Positions 55,113 to 64,000 of a DNA stretch of 64,000 nucleotides are shown in pieces. Within the stretch, counting starts at the first letter, position 1. The number at the start of each line of letters is the position of its first letter. The position numbers and the translations under genes were made by a program. The notes beneath the pieces are model-generated. The model saw only the letters and a list, made by a program, of their open reading frames with translations, was not told the DNA's origin and did no database searches. The DNA is taken from the NCBI GenBank assembly GCA_963663765.2, contig CAXXUA010000006.1, forward strand, positions 128,001 through 192,000, read 5' to 3'. The DNA is from Candidatus Poribacteria bacterium (lineage in GTDB: Bacteria; Poribacteria; WGA-4E; WGA-3G).

Positions 55113-56711
55113 ATGAAGATAAAATCAATTAAATTGGAAGGCTTTAGACGTTTCAAAAACCTAACAATAGAGTTACCTGAAACAGCACGTCTCGTAGTAA
55201 TGATAGGTCCAAATGGAAGTGGAAAGTCTTCAATATTCGATGCTCTACTAAGAACAAAGTTTGAGAAAGGACGACTCAATCATATTTTACCTGATTCTTA
55301 TCTAATCAAATTCGACTTATCAGAAAAGATTTACCAAGAGCCAGAGATAGAATTTTATACAGAATCTCAGATTATCCAACAAGATGTGTGGAGAAAAAGT
55401 GTACACCTGCGTTCAGCTTATAGAAATGATGCAATAGACACTTCCTACCAGTTTTTAAGTAAAACTAAATCTCTGATAGAGGAACGAAGATTTAATCGTT
55501 TGTCAGAAAATGATCAAGCTGTGGCATCAAACTATGATCGTATATTAAGCCCGTGGGTAGAACGCATTTCAGCAAGGAGACAGAGTGAAGAAACAGCAGA
55601 TGAGATTGAAGACGACATTTATGGGGAACTGCGAGATACAATAGGTGAATTATTTAGAGACCCTGAATTAACTCTAATCGGATTGGGTTCTCCAAAAGAT
55701 GGAAGAATTTTTGAATTTAACAAAGGAACAAGTCACGGATTTTCATACGAGAATCTGTCTAGTGGAGAAAAGGCAGCTTTAGATTTGATTCTGGATATAA
55801 TAGTTGCTAAGGCAGAATTCAACGATACCGTGTTTTGCATCGACGAGCCAGAAGCGCATATACATACAAAACTCCAAGGACCTCTCCTTGAAAAACTCTA
55901 CGACCTGATATCCCCTAATTCTCAACTCTGGATTGCCACGCATTCCATAGGCATGGTGCGTAAAGCACAAGACTTATGGCAAGCAGATGGAGAATCAGTC
56001 GTTTTTCTTGACTTCGGTAAAGACGATACCGGTCAAGACAGAGATTTTGAGAAACAGGTGACAATCAGACCAGCTAAACCCAACCCCAATTTATGGGCAC
56101 AAACTTATCACGTTGCTCTCGGTGATCTTTCTGAGTTAGTTGCATCTGAACAATACGTGTTTTGTGAAGGTGATGACTTTGATGCGGAGTGTTATCATAA
56201 TATTTTTGCGAGTCATCACCCGGAAACCCGTTTCATTTCTATCGGTAGTCGAAATAACGTAGTAAATGCCGTATCAAAACTAAAAGGAAGAATTGCAAAG
56301 GGAGCGAAAGTTATCGGGGTTGTAGACAGAGACAAAGCAACAGAGGGTGAAATCGAAAGGGATACCGAAGAAGGTATTCGCACTTTGTCACGTAAATCTA
56401 TTGAAAGTTATCTTCTTGATGATGAGGTGCTAACGAAAATGTGTAAAAACTATGGCAACCCTGACGAGACTCAAAATTTACTTACAGTAAAAAACGAAAT
56501 CCTCAAAAAACGGATAAATGAAGACAAATCAAAATCTTCTGACGATCTTAAACCTATTGCTCAAGATATTCACGTTCGTTCGCAAAATGTTTTAAAATCA
56601 GTTAACCTGGGAAATAGTAAAGAAAGTTTCATGAGAGATATCCTCGCCCCGCTCATTCAACCCGGTATGGAGGTCTATAAGGTATTGCACAAGGATATTT
56701 TCGGCGAGTGA
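55113..56711 (+). CDS. OLD/GajA-like ABC ATPase with C-terminal TOPRIM-like domain
   Basis: GPNGSGKS, LSSGEK, IDEPE, IATHS; CEGD..D and DRD; IESYL. Confidence 0.85.
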   Translation: MKIKSIKLEGFRRFKNLTIELPETARLVVMIGPNGSGKSSIFDALLRTKFEKGRLNHILPDSYLIKFDLSEKIYQEPEIEFYTESQIIQQDVWRKSVHLRSAYRNDAIDTSYQFLSKTKSLIEERRFNRLSENDQAVASNYDRILSPWVERISARRQSEETADEIEDDIYGELRDTIGELFRDPELTLIGLGSPKDGRIFEFNKGTSHGFSYENLSSGEKAALDLILDIIVAKAEFNDTVFCIDEPEAHIHTKLQGPLLEKLYDLISPNSQLWIATHSIGMVRKAQDLWQADGESVVFLDFGKDDTGQDRDFEKQVTIRPAKPNPNLWAQTYHVALGDLSELVASEQYVFCEGDDFDAECYHNIFASHHPETRFISIGSRNNVVNAVSKLKGRIAKGAKVIGVVDRDKATEGEIERDTEEGIRTLSRKSIESYLLDDEVLTKMCKNYGNPDETQNLLTVKNEILKKRINEDKSKSSDDLKPIAQDIHVRSQNVLKSVNLGNSKESFMRDILAPLIQPGMEVYKVLHKDIFGE

Positions 56712-56800
56712 TTCGTTGACTCATCACTGCACTGCTAACTCCCTCACAGGCATAGCAGTCCAACAAAAACTGTCTGAATCGCCATTGTGAAGGAAAAAGA

Positions 56801-57556
56801 ATGAGCAAAGGACTAAAAGTTTTCATCACTTATGCACATAAAAATTCAGAAGCAAAAGACGAATTGATAACCAGTCTTGCTGTCCTGAAGCAAAACGGAT
56901 TAATTGATGTATGGCACGACAACGAAATCCTACCTGGAGACAAATGGCGGGATGAAATTTTCAACAATCTTGCCGATTCGGATATGCTACTTTACCTTAC
57001 TTGTCGGTATAGTCTCGCTTCTGAAAATTGCAATAAAGAATTAACTGCAGCGTTAAATCCAAACATAAGAGTGATTCCGATTATTCTTGAACACTGTGAT
57101 TGGAAAAACCACAAACTCAGCGAATTTCAAGCCTTACCGGATAAGGGAAGACCAATATACGACATTAACGAATGGATTCCTGAGAGTAAAGGTTGGCAAA
57201 GTGTAGTAGATGGCATTCGAAAGGTCATTAAAGAGATGCAAGCTCAGAAACAATCTTCGCCTACTATAACACCCGAAGAAATAAAATTTCTATCTGATTC
57301 AATGGTGCAAAAGGGCAACTTCCTAATGATGCTGAAGCAAATAGATGATGCCTTAAAGGCTTACTCACGTGCAATTGAACTCAGTCCCAATAATACAGCA
57401 GCATTTAACAATCGCGGAGTTGCTTACCACGGAAAAGGCAAGCTTGATCTTGCTGTCAAAGATTATAACATAGCCAGGACTTACGCACCAAACGGTAGGC
57501 GGGGAATGCCTAAAGGCGAATGCGCGTATGGCATTCGCCATGATTCATACCGTTGA
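56801..57556 (+). pseudogene. TIR-domain plus TPR protein truncated by a MITE at ~57474
   Basis: KVFITYAH, WHD.EI.PG, SLASENCNKE; TPRs AYSRAIELSP, AFNNRGVAY; last ~27 residues derive from the MITE. Confidence 0.8.
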
Positions 57557-57656
57557 TTTGGTGCTTTGTAAGCGCACTGGAAATATAAATAATGTTGAAA
57601 ATTACATCATTTTCATACCAATTCTTGTTTAAATCATAAAAACTGCGAAAGTCCTG
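57474..57656. mobile_element. MITE with CAGGACTTACGCA/TGCGAAAGTCCTG ends
   Basis: Same family as 14692-14849. Confidence 0.8.
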
Positions 57657-57868
57657 TGGAGGATTCTTTTGATGTTGCTCAAGTGCATGGTGATGCCGCT
57701 CTCGTTTTTGACCTGCAGAAGGCACAAGATGTTTTGGGAGCGAGCATTTTTTGGATTCGTAAACAGATAATGTATAGCAATGAACAGGAAGTCATAGAAG
57801 GTTGGCAAATTAAACGTGACGAATCGCGACGCGGTATAGTTGAGGTAATTCAAAATGATTCAAAATGA
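57656..57868 (+). pseudogene. 3' fragment of a gene coupled to 57855-58178
   Basis: Begins at the MITE end; ...WQIKRDESRRGIVEV overlaps the next start. Confidence 0.45.
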
Positions 57869-58178
57869 TCGGGAACTTAAAGCAACACTGAATCGCATTG
57901 AGCACTTTCAAAAAATAGTTGAAAAACTCAAAGCGTTTGAAACCAATCCACGGAATTATGAGTTATCCGCGGGCGGTTTTCTGTCCGAAATAGATCGGAT
58001 GAATCTTGAAGTGGCGGAATATTTATCTGTTCATTCAAGCGAACTGATAAAACCAATCACTGACACTGTTCACCTAATAATAGATGATGTGCATTTTCAT
58101 GCCTCAACGGAGCACGGGTGGGATCCCTCTCTGCAAACAGTGTCCTTGAAACGGAATAGCGATTTGGAGAAAAGATGA
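57855..58178 (+). CDS. Small hypothetical protein (antitoxin-like helical)
   Basis: GAGG RBS; MIQNDRELKATLNRI...EIDRMNLEV.EYL. Confidence 0.7.
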   Translation: MIQNDRELKATLNRIEHFQKIVEKLKAFETNPRNYELSAGGFLSEIDRMNLEVAEYLSVHSSELIKPITDTVHLIIDDVHFHASTEHGWDPSLQTVSLKRNSDLEKR

Positions 58179-58465
58179 ACACACTAAGAATTTTCGCAGA
58201 CTTCCACAACGCAGACGTAAAAGGCAGAGTGCGGTTGAACTGCGCCGGTACAGTAGCAGATATCGAACGGCAGGGAATTGAACTGCAAGATGGACAGTCC
58301 ATTATCATCTATAGCGAAGAATTACAGGTTGAGGGTGTCGTTCACTACTCAGTAGAAGAAAAGTTATGGACAGCGGCAATTGATTGGAATGCCATTCGAG
58401 AAGTCCAATCGATTATACCTCAACCGGCAATTCAAGCCACCAACCACATGATGGAGAAAAAATAG
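58175..58465 (+). CDS. Hypothetical protein
   Basis: ATGA overlap with previous gene; ADFHNAD..GRVRLNC.GT..DI. Confidence 0.7.
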   Translation: MNTLRIFADFHNADVKGRVRLNCAGTVADIERQGIELQDGQSIIIYSEELQVEGVVHYSVEEKLWTAAIDWNAIREVQSIIPQPAIQATNHMMEKK

Positions 58466-59371
58466 GCAAACGGTGGCTACATTGCTGAGATGAAAATGAA
58501 TACTATGTAGGGCAGTTCAGCATCTCGGACGGATTGCACGTATTACGCGGATTAGTCTTCTGCTGTGCGGACAACCCAACTCTGTGAAAAGCACATTGAA
58601 ATACCAAAAAAATAATCCGGGGAATGCCTAAAGAAGCATGCGCGTATGGCATGCTCCATGATTCATACCGTTGATTTGGCGTTAATCCGTGTAAATACGC
58701 GATTCAGACATTTCCGCGATTGCTCAAAAAACCTATGTTAGTCCATTTGCAAAAACATCATGGTCTCTCAACCCAAACAGTCTACAACGACCTTCATGGG
58801 TATATTAGAAATCAAGACATCCACCTAAAAGAAGGTATAGAAGTTTGGTAAAGATGACATAAAATCAGACATGAAGAATTACATGCAAAGTTAACGAGTT
58901 GTGCTAAATAACTTTATGTTAATCATTGTTTTACATAATCAGAACGTTTTGCAGGCAACCTTCATAGTTTGAAACGATCTTCAGTCCCGCCAAATGCCAT
59001 ACGGGGAATGCCAAAAGGCATTCATACCCGGGGAATGCCAAAAGGCATTCATACCGTTGATTTCTTGATTTGGCGCATTTGGCGTTGATTTGGTAGGGAC
59101 GATATGTTTATAGAAAAATGTTATCTAACTCTCTTGAGTTTCGTAGGAACGGCATAGAAGAATAAACATATCGTCCCTACGGGACTAAAGAACTGGGGAG
59201 AGTGTTCGTTTTCTATAAACATATCGTCCCTACGGGACTAAAGAGCGATGTTCATGTTTCAATAATCTAAAATTGATGTATAAGGTGCAGTTAGGAAAAC
59301 TCATTTGGGTATTAACTTTCAGTAAATCTCAATAACAGAAAACTCCTAAAACTGAATAACCCTGTCAATAG

Positions 59372-60274
59372 GTGTATCTGATGGATTTGATCAAAGTAAT
59401 GGAACGATTCCCTAATCAAGGGGCGTGTATTGAACATCTTGAGGGGATACGGTTGGGAAATAAGTCCAGATGTCCGAAGTGTGAAGGTAAACACCTAAAA
59501 CGCAAAAATGAGAGCGGAACAGAACGCATTGGACGCTGGCACTGTGGGGATTGTGGTGCATCGTTCAAAGTGACCAGTGGCACAATCTTTCAAGGCACAA
59601 AAATACCGCTGCAGTTGTGGTTTTTGGCGATTGTGCTGATGGCAAATGCAAAGAAAAGTTTATCAAGTTGCCAACTTGCACACGATTTAGGTTTGCAGCA
59701 ACGTACTGCATGGCGTATAATGATGAAGATACGTGTAGAGATGGTAAAAAATTAATCGTTATTAGAAGGTATCGTTGAAGCTGATGAAACTTACATCGGG
59801 GGAAAACGAAAGAAGGATTACGACCGAGACGAAGATGAACCCCGCAAACGCGGTCGTGGCACAATGAAAGACGCTGTTATCGGAGCGGTGGCACGCAATG
59901 GACACGTTGTTGCTGAAATGATACCTGACATCTCTGGTGAAACGATTGCGAACTTTATACGCGAAAATGTGGATACGGAAAATGCGACACTCTATACAGA
60001 TCAATTTACAGGATATAATATCATCGGGAAAGAGATGGAACACGAAACTCTGAACCGAAGTGAACAATGGGAAGCAGGTGAACTTCATACGAACACGATT
60101 GAAGGATTTTGGTCATTTGTCAAACGCGCTTGGTATGGTAGTCACCATCACTATTCAACTGGATATACGCCTATGTATCTGGCAGAGACGTGCTATAAGT
60201 ATAACTATAGGAGCATTGACATCTTTGATAAGTTTGTCAATGAAAGTGTAAGTTTCAAGAGAAAGAAATTTTGA
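59372..60274 (+). mobile_element. IS1595-family transposase pseudogene (in-frame TAA 59753-59755)
   Basis: Zn ribbon CPKC...CGDC, GTIF, KN*SLLEGIVEADETYIGG, LYTD, HTNTIEGFW, YLAE..Y.YN.R. Confidence 0.9.
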
Positions 60275-60540
60275 TATAAGATTTGATGCTTTAAAGTGGC
60301 GTATCCTTATGCTATGCCATGAGTTTTATACTATTCAAGAGTAAACGTTAGCATTTCTATAAACTCGTTTAGAGTTTTTATACGATCTGAATATTTCTGA
60401 ATAACTTCTGTTGGGAAATAGTCCCTTGTTGATCTGTTATAGAATTCATCTTAATAAATTTCTGGCGAGATTCTTAATCCCAAAACGACTAATTCCCTAA
60501 ATTAATCAATTCGGTTATAGTTAGCATTTGCGAATTCCTT

Positions 60541-61050
60541 TTAGTCTTTACTGAGTGAACGCCATTTTCTTTTTGTTGTGTCTAAGACTCTTATTTCACC
60601 GTTACCATCAGCGACATCTATAAAAACACCTTCATGTCCATCAGAGTTACTGACAGTAATTCCACCCCCGTTAGTAAAAAGTGCTTTTCCTTGCATGTCA
60701 ACTGTGATTTTTCCTTGTTTATTACTAACAGATATGGTTCCGTGTCCTTGTTGAACAGTATCTATTCCAACTACTGCCATTTCTTCATTGTTATAAACGA
60801 AGATATAACCCCCTTCTCCTTCTTTTCCTGCTTCCATCCCTCCTCTTACTTCCCCCATCTTTACCAATTGTTTCCCATTATTATCTACGATTAGCAATTT
60901 TTTGCAAACTATTTCATCAAAGACATTGTTTGCGTTTTCTTGTGCGTGTGCGTCTTGTGATTGGTTGTTTGGAAGTGATGCGATGAGGTATCCTGCGATT
61001 GTGAATAGACTTCCAACGAGCATATAGACTAACTTTTGTTTGAAATTCAT
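60541..61050 (-). CDS. Secreted/anchored hypothetical beta-rich protein
   Basis: AGGAG RBS, N-terminal hydrophobic segment, G.I.V...G repeats. Confidence 0.8.
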   Translation of the reverse strand: MNFKQKLVYMLVGSLFTIAGYLIASLPNNQSQDAHAQENANNVFDEIVCKKLLIVDNNGKQLVKMGEVRGGMEAGKEGEGGYIFVYNNEEMAVVGIDTVQQGHGTISVSNKQGKITVDMQGKALFTNGGGITVSNSDGHEGVFIDVADGNGEIRVLDTTKRKWRSLSKD

Positions 61051-61147
61051 TTATGTCTCCTTTTGTGTAAAGATCCGTTGTAACTTGAATTACTAACAAT
61101 ATTTAAATCGTTTTACCCTCCGAAAGAATTGTGTTGTGTGTCCATTG

Positions 61148-61366
61148 CTATTTGTCTTTACCATGTAGTCTTCTATAGATCCAACGGATTCCATAGTATA
61201 ATCCCCCGAGAATAGCACCAAATAGTACTTCCTTGATGATAGCTTCATAGAAATTATCTATGATGTAGCCAAATATAATGAAACCAATAATAAAAACTAT
61301 GATTGATAGGATTTTCATAAGCCTGAAAAGGAACTTTTTCCAATTAAGATCTTTATTTGTTTTCAT
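61148..61366 (-). CDS. Small 2-TM membrane protein
   Basis: Two hydrophobic helices in a 72-aa ORF. Confidence 0.6.
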   Translation of the reverse strand: MKTNKDLNWKKFLFRLMKILSIIVFIIGFIIFGYIIDNFYEAIIKEVLFGAILGGLYYGIRWIYRRLHGKDK

Positions 61367-61596
61367 ATAGGTTTGTCCGTTTGTAGTTTGTAAAAATTGT
61401 GTTGCATTAAAGTTTGCAATATAATATAACTGACATTTTTCAGATTAGCAGAGAATCCGCTAAATATCACTACAACGAGGGTTTTGAACCATGAAAATGC
61501 GAATATTTTGAGAAGTTGACTTGATTTTATACACATGAAATGTCATCCTATATAATAAAATTTCACTTTATTTGATTATATTTAGGAGGACATCTC

Positions 61597-62634
61597 ATGC
61601 ATCATCAGATTATCACATCTTTACAGTTTTTTCAACATCTTCTTATTTCTCGTTTTTGTCGTATTAGATCACAAATCATTGACACTTTACTTTTGTTATC
61701 CGTTTGCCATCTTTTTTGTCTCTATAATCCGAACCAAGTTGCGGATGCGTTGACAGATCCCAAAACGTGTCTTTATAGGGATCTTCACTCAATGAGCCAG
61801 TATCACTGGAAACGCTTGAATGTGCGGCTCGGGTGTGCTATGGCACTTGATTTGATCAAAGATACTGAAGCCAAGAGTGCTTCAACACAATCGCGTCGGT
61901 GTATTACCATCAGTGTAGATGACAGTAATGTGGATAAATATGGAAAAACATTAGCTTACTGTTCAAACTGATGGTCTAAAAAACACAATAACACCATTTG
62001 GGGGCAGAACATATTAGGCATCACGATCAAGATTGGTGATGTGGTAATTCCACTCAATACGCGCCTTGTTTCAAAACAAGGACGTGGTAATACAAAGAAA
62101 TCGGTTCTTTTTGTTGCCATGATGAAAGAAGTGTTAGATTTCTTTGATGCACAAGACATTGATATAAGAAAATATCCGATCACTTTTGATTCGTGGTATG
62201 GTAGCAAGAAACTGATCTAATTCTTATCAGGTTTAGGGTTTGTGTCCATATTGGTTGATGGTAAAAACAACTATGTGATGACCATAGATGATAAAAAAGC
62301 GAAACTTTCGGTTCATAAGAACTCTATACAACTGCATCAAGGTCAATGAGGATGTGGTGATAAACCTGTCTGTCGCGCAAATGCCAGCAGAATACGCGTG
62401 TGGTTTTCGCATGAGTTGAAATCCAGATTGCATTTATCTGATATGCGTTTAGAAAGCACGCAAGGTGCGACTGCGGGTCTCGGTATAAAAGTTATGAGCT
62501 ACCTTATGTTGTTGCATGTAAGTATCTTAGAGCGTCGCACATTTCATCAAATACAACTGCAACTTACCGGAGAAAGAGACATGTTAAAAGAAATTATATC
62601 GCATTTTCATAAACTAAACGCAAAAGAACCTTGA
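61597..62634 (+). mobile_element. Degenerate DDE transposase (IS4/IS701-like superfamily), multiple stops and a deletion
   Basis: AGGAGG plus ATG; SVDDS...KYGK, GQN.LG, FDSWYGS; in-frame TGA/TAA at ~61969, 62218, 62347. Confidence 0.75.
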
Positions 62635-62699
62635 ATACTATTGAGATTAGACAATTTTTGGGAAATATCAGCTTGACTATTATTCAGATTTAATGTATA

Positions 62700-62940
62700 T
62701 TTTATGCAGAAAACCATACGCGATTTGCAAATCGCGTGTTGATACACTTAATATTGCCTATGAATGCTGATGGTGACTGGATACTAAGCCCATTTGTAGA
62801 ATATGTCACGTATGGTTCAATGTTCATGCGGGTTCAGAGGCAATTTGACGAAAATTGGGTCATGAAAAAACGGCTAAATTTCGTCGCGTATGGAATCGGG
62901 CAATTTAGTCCGCACTGTGACTGGCTTCCGAAGGGGTGCT
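62700..62940 (+). promoter_or_regulatory. Probable CRISPR leader
   Basis: Non-repetitive region directly 5' of the first repeat; repeats end in ATTGAAAC on +, which implies transcription from this side. Confidence 0.55.
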
Positions 62941-64000
62941 GTTCGGAAAGTCCTTCCCGTTTGAAGGGAATTGAAACTCATCCTTCGCATCCGTATCCAT
63001 CTCTCCATCAAAAGTTCGGAAAGTCCTTCCCGTTTGAAGGGAATTGAAACAGCGTAATTTGCGGTTATGCTATAAAAAAGGATTAGTAATCATGTTCGGA
63101 AAGTCCTTCCCGTTTGAAGGGAATTGAAACAACGATGTTCATTTTCTCGTCCAATTCGTAACCATTGTTCGGAAAGTCCTTCCCGTTTGAAGGGAATTGA
63201 AACTAATGCACAATCTTTGAAGTGGTGTGGACTATACCGAGTTCGGAAAGTCCTTCCCGTTTGAAGGGAATTGAAACAACAAGATGCTCCGAGAGTTCTC
63301 TAAGTTTGTCAGCGTTCTGAAAGTCGTTCCCGTTTGAAGGGAATTGAAACTACCTTTCGTTAATCGCTAAGTTCATGTTTGCCACTGTTCTGAAAGTCCT
63401 TCCCGCTTGAAGGGAATTGAAACATGTTATGCTCAGGGTAATAAATATGGCGACCGAACCGTTCTGAAAGTCTTTCCCGTTTGAAGGGAATTGAAACGCA
63501 ATTAGGATTTGGTCGGTAGATGAAGATACAGGAGTTGTTCTGAAAGTCGTTCCCGTTTGAAGGGAATTGAAACCCAGCATTTTTGCCTGTGGTAATATAT
63601 TCATCAGGTTGTTCTGAAAGTCCTTCCCGTTTGAAGGGAATTGAAACCTTCTGGAATTTGGGACGAAAGTGTCAACTATCCATGTTCTGAAAGTCGTTCC
63701 CGTTTGAAGGGAATTGAAACTTCTCAAGGAACTTCCAGAGGTATTCCGCATTTGGTTCTGAAAGTCCTTCCCGCTTGAAGGGAATTGAAACCTTCTGGAA
63801 TTTGGGACGAAAGTGTCAACTATCCATGTTCTGAAAGTCGTTCCCGTTTGAAGGGAATTGAAACTTCTCAAGGAACTTCCAGAGGTATTCCGCATTTGGT
63901 TCTGAAAGTCCTTCCCGCTTGAAGGGAATTGAAACTTGACATCTATACGATCACCTGTGGCAGTTTTTTGTCGTTCTGAAAGTCGTTCCCGTTTGAAGGG
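62941..64000 (+). CRISPR. CRISPR array: 37-bp repeat GTTC(G/T)GAAAGTC(C/G/T)TTCCCG(T/C)TTGAAGGGAATTGAAAC, 15 repeats (last cut by window edge), 14 spacers of 34-43 bp
   Basis: Repeat starts 62941, 63014, 63094, 63167, 63241, 63314, 63387, 63461, 63537, 63611, 63684, 63755, 63828, 63899, 63973; TTCCC/GGGAA hairpin; GAAAC end typical of class 1 systems. Confidence 0.99.

Noticed and set aside
63204-63240. Spacer 4 shares ATGCACAATCT with the 32-bp array; spacer 11 shares CCAGAGGTATTC with a MITE end
   Set aside because: Only 11-12 bp matches, the rest is unrelated; compatible with chance. No full self-targeting match was seen by eye.
59372-64000. CRISPR-associated transposon or IS-Cas link
   Set aside because: The neighbouring transposases are degenerate IS1595 and IS4/IS701-like genes; no Tns, TnpB or cas genes are visible.
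1-64000. tRNA/rRNA genes or integron attC array
   Set aside because: No cloverleaf or rRNA signature was recognised; the palindromic repeats lack consistent RYYYAAC/GTTRRRY ends and no integron integrase is present.

Overview
AT-rich (~40% GC by eye) bacterial window, most likely Candidatus Poribacteria or a relative. This is inferred from signal-peptide WD40 proteins, a cohesin/dockerin/FlgD-Ig-tailed surface protein and dense REP/MITE families. Conventional content: 3' end of a KamA-type radical SAM gene, a VOC protein, pdxJ, a frameshifted YyaL/SSP411-DsbD-like gene, an MntR/TroR-regulated Mn/Zn/Fe ABC operon with a VIT1 transporter and a candidate operator, and several hydrolases. Accessory content: three WD40 proteins, an 11-repeat surface protein, an MNT-HEPN gene split by a MITE, an orphan ThsB-like TIR gene, a defence operon (PLD-SNF2 helicase, N6-adenine MTase, OLD-type ATPase-TOPRIM, TIR-TPR), two dead transposases and a CRISPR array running off the right edge with no cas genes in the window. 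Most unusual: (i) three paralogous cassettes in which a membrane-anchored protein with a constant N-terminus and swapped C-terminus is coupled to a variable secreted Cys/His-rich partner, each with an upstream TIR-bounded element carrying a variable-length array of 32-bp palindromic units; (ii) nested MITEs, one family of which makes 22-bp target duplications; (iii) single premature stops near the 5' end of otherwise intact exported-protein genes. All calls come from reading the sequence only; no database searches were run.
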